Sequence record: SRR22947725_317
DNA length: 40,350 nt
Strand: one strand, 5' to 3'
A model generated the notes under the pieces. It was not told the origin of the DNA. It made no database searches and saw nothing but the letters and a program-made list of their open reading frames with translations. How positions within the stretch are numbered: the first letter of the stretch is position 1; each line of letters begins with the position of its first letter. This document shows positions 37,958-40,350 of this stretch, one piece after another. Made by a program: the position numbers and the translations under genes.

Positions 37958-38095
37958 CGATTCTCTTTTCTCTTTCGAGCCCAATCTACAGATTCCATGG
38001 AAATCAACGCCATGTCGCAAAATTGCAATTTATGGATAATCTGACCAATATTGGACCAAATAACATGGAGATGCAGGTGTTTATAGGAATGCGCT

Positions 38096-38977
38096 ATGGA
38101 TAAAGCACGAAACCTTGAGGAGAGCTCGATTGGCGGCCCAGCGGCGGTGGGGGCCAATTGGTACAGATTCCGAGTGGGCGAGGTTGTTCACCACAAGCGT
38201 GTTGAGACAGTCTGCTTTATCTGGGTAGTCCGAGGCTCGGGAAAAATTGTCGCTAACAGTCAAGAGATAATTCTCGACTCAAGCCAAATTCTGCGGTTGC
38301 CCTGGGGCCATGAAATTTCTTATTACCCAAGTGATGTGAGTCCTTTTCAAGTGGGGACGGTCCACATAATTCCTTGGCACAGCCTTTCGGCACCCGTCGA
38401 GGCAAGGGTTGGCGTCCTGAAGGGTGACCCTTTGGTGGGAGTTAATTGGAGGGGTCCCGGTGACTCGAGCAAGGAGGTCATACTTACTTCGGCACGCTCC
38501 GACAAAGGTCGCAACTTTATTCAGCTTGGAACCTTCGCGGTGAATTCATTTCTGTATCAAGCTCCAACTGAGTCCAAAATGCGGGCACTTGGGGACTTGT
38601 TTATCCAAGAGGCGCTGGAGGCGGAGTCAGTTCCTTCAAAGTCAAAAGGAATTCCGGTGACTCTTCAACTAATGATGGACTTCATAAATTCTGAACTTAG
38701 CGAGCACTGGAGTGTCGCTGAAGTCTCCCGAGCTGGGAACTGCAGCCCTTCGACCGCAGCGAGACTCTTTTCCCGTCACACGGGCCAATCCTTGGCGGCG
38801 TGGGCAAATCAGCAGAGGCTGCTTGCAGCTGCAGACCTTCTGAGAACAACGAGCATGAGGGTGAATGAGGTTGCTTTTGAACTTGGCTTTCAAGATCCTC
38901 TTTACTTTTCGCGGGTATTCGCAGCCGCCTACGGGGTCCCTCCGTCAAAGTACTTTGGTGATGAACTAAGACCGTAG
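38096..38977 (+). CDS. AraC-family transcriptional regulator
   Basis: C-terminal AADLL..T...V.EVA.ELGFQDPLYFSRVF...YG.PPS.Y; cupin-like N-terminus; divergent from the P450 operon. Confidence 0.9.
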   Translation: MDKARNLEESSIGGPAAVGANWYRFRVGEVVHHKRVETVCFIWVVRGSGKIVANSQEIILDSSQILRLPWGHEISYYPSDVSPFQVGTVHIIPWHSLSAPVEARVGVLKGDPLVGVNWRGPGDSSKEVILTSARSDKGRNFIQLGTFAVNSFLYQAPTESKMRALGDLFIQEALEAESVPSKSKGIPVTLQLMMDFINSELSEHWSVAEVSRAGNCSPSTAARLFSRHTGQSLAAWANQQRLLAAADLLRTTSMRVNEVAFELGFQDPLYFSRVFAAAYGVPPSKYFGDELRP

Positions 38978-39095
38978 CCATTCCACGTGGTCATCTCGAA
39001 TCATGGTAGAGCGAGGAAGATTGCGCGGGTGTTGAGCAGCCATCCGAGTTCGACTTCGAGCTTTGACTAATGGGGGCGGTTGTCAAGCCTCGAGG

Positions 39096-39947
39096 CTATA
39101 GATCCCGCCAAGAGTTACTTGGGTTAAACCCTAGAAGCCTCTTCGCCTTTTCAATACCCAGAAGGGTTTCGTGCTCCGAAACCTGTCGCCTCAAGGCAAC
39201 TTCTGGAAACACCTCTTGGAGGAGCTGGGTATTCGTCATGCGCATAACTGAGTCAGGGCTGGCAATGATGAATGGTTCGAAGCCACGAGTCTCGTAGTCG
39301 AGGGCCTTCTCAACTGCTAGAGCACCATCACGGGCATCTATGTATCCCCAAAGGTTCCACTTCCGTTTGATTGCATCGTCTTGGAAGTCTTCAAAGCTTG
39401 GGTATTCAATCGGATCAATTACATTCGAAAACCGCAGTCCAACCATCGAAAGCTCATGATCCCACCGGCAAAGCTCTTTGGCGAGACGCTCCTCAAGAAC
39501 TTTTGAGAGCGAATAGAAGGATTCTGGCCGCGGCTCATACTCCTCGTCAACGGGGACATAGGGTGGTGGTGTGTCAAAAGGAAGCCCCAGAACTGTCTCA
39601 CTGGAAGCGAATACGACCTTTTTGATTCCGGCATTCCTCGCAGCCATAAAGACATTGAGAGTGGAGTTTAAGTTGTTGTTTATAGTCGCCTTATCGGATT
39701 GAAGGCCAGGAGCTGGAATAGCGGCTAAATGGACAACGGCATCGAGTTTGCTATGGCGTTCATTGGCACCCGTCATCAAATCCATTACAGAACCGCTATC
39801 AAGAAGGTCAACGATGGTGCTCCACACTCTGGAGTCTGGATGCGGAACTCGGTCAATGCTCGTAACGTTCCAGCCCGACTCCATAAGGTGTCGAACTACA
39901 AACTTTCCCAGTTTTCCAGACCCGCCAGTTACAAGAACACTCCGCAT
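39096..39947 (-). CDS. NAD-dependent epimerase/dehydratase (extended SDR)
   Basis: TGGSGKLG, HLAA, ASS, YSLSK. Confidence 0.88.
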   Translation of the reverse strand: MRSVLVTGGSGKLGKFVVRHLMESGWNVTSIDRVPHPDSRVWSTIVDLLDSGSVMDLMTGANERHSKLDAVVHLAAIPAPGLQSDKATINNNLNSTLNVFMAARNAGIKKVVFASSETVLGLPFDTPPPYVPVDEEYEPRPESFYSLSKVLEERLAKELCRWDHELSMVGLRFSNVIDPIEYPSFEDFQDDAIKRKWNLWGYIDARDGALAVEKALDYETRGFEPFIIASPDSVMRMTNTQLLQEVFPEVALRRQVSEHETLLGIEKAKRLLGFNPSNSWRDL

Positions 39948-39968
39948 GTATAACCCTTCAAATCACCG

Positions 39969-39981
39969 ATGGTCCGACCAT
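39969..39981. promoter_or_regulatory. FadR/GntR-type inverted repeat ATGGTC-C-GACCAT
   Basis: Matches the TGGTCnGACCA FadR-subfamily pattern; 21 nt upstream of the SDR ATG. Confidence 0.6.
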
Positions 39982-40267
39982 AACAAATCGACTTCTTGTT
40001 CCGGAGCCAATCCTATGGTTTATGACTAACCCCCCCCGGCCTAGACCTTGGGTTAGTAGTTAGTACTTAGTGAGTTACGTCGTGGAAAAACGACCCGCTG
40101 GAGATTAACCGAACAACGCGCAGAGCTCGTTTCGCGCTCTAGTCTGTTGATAACTTGGTTGACAATTTGGCAGACATCCTCTAAAAAAGTTAGCTTTTGG
40201 GTTTTTATCTAGCTGCTGTTCTTGGTTCTGTGCTTCCTGCTCTAAGGCCAGATAGCAATAAAAGTAA

Positions 40268-40303
40268 GAAACCCATCAAGTCGTGAAATTCTTGATGGGT
40301 TTC
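40268..40303 (-). terminator. Intrinsic terminator of the tRNA gene
   Basis: 13-bp stem GAAACCCATCAAG / CTTGATGGGTTTC followed by a T-rich tail on the minus strand. Confidence 0.8.
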
Positions 40304-40305
40304 AG

Positions 40306-40350
40306 CGCGCTTGGAGGGACTCGAACCCCCAACCTTCTGATCCGTAGTCA
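40306..40350 (-). tRNA. tRNA-Arg(ACG), 3' part; 5' end outside the window; CCA not encoded
   Basis: Reverse complement TGA-CTACGGA-TCAGA AGGTT GGGGG TTCGAGT CCCTC CAAGCGC G gives the anticodon loop with ACG, the T-arm and the acceptor strand. Confidence 0.93.

Noticed and set aside
39053-39095. Imperfect hairpin between the convergent AraC and SDR genes
   Set aside because: Several mismatches and no U-tract; too weak to call a terminator.
1-40350. CRISPR arrays, IS elements, integrases, prophage genes
   Set aside because: No regularly spaced repeats, terminal inverted repeats or recombinase/transposase ORFs were seen.

Overview
Window from a moderate-GC actinobacterium; protein style and leaderless genes suggest a small freshwater Microbacteriaceae (inference). 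It is a mosaic of five blocks. (1) 1-15.0 kb: L-fucose/fucoside locus with four cytoplasmic GH29 fucosidases, an ABC importer, mutarotase, AKR fucose dehydrogenase, L-fuconate dehydratase and an FMN L-lactate dehydrogenase. It also holds three unexplained members (class-3 Rhizobium-type asparaginase, KxH enolase, SnoaL/NTF2 protein), and its promoters share an ATCCTATAGGAT palindrome. (2) 15.3-21.0 kb: core-looking block (LLM oxidoreductase, UbiA-type prenyltransferase plus CrtI-family desaturase, DivIVA-like coiled coil, lipoprotein). (3) 21.2-35.3 kb: complete L-rhamnose locus (GH78, ABC, rhaB, rhaEW-type fusion, rhaI, two rhaM, second lldD) with three TTGAA(T/A)CG(T/A)TTCAA operators and a LacI repressor whose HTH has no canonical start codon. 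(4) 35.4-39.0 kb: ferredoxin-reductase-P450 cassette with a divergent AraC. (5) An extended SDR and the 3' part of tRNA-Arg(ACG). Short relics of vapC, glpX and a Nudix gene lie at or near block junctions. All calls are by eye from motifs; no searches were run.
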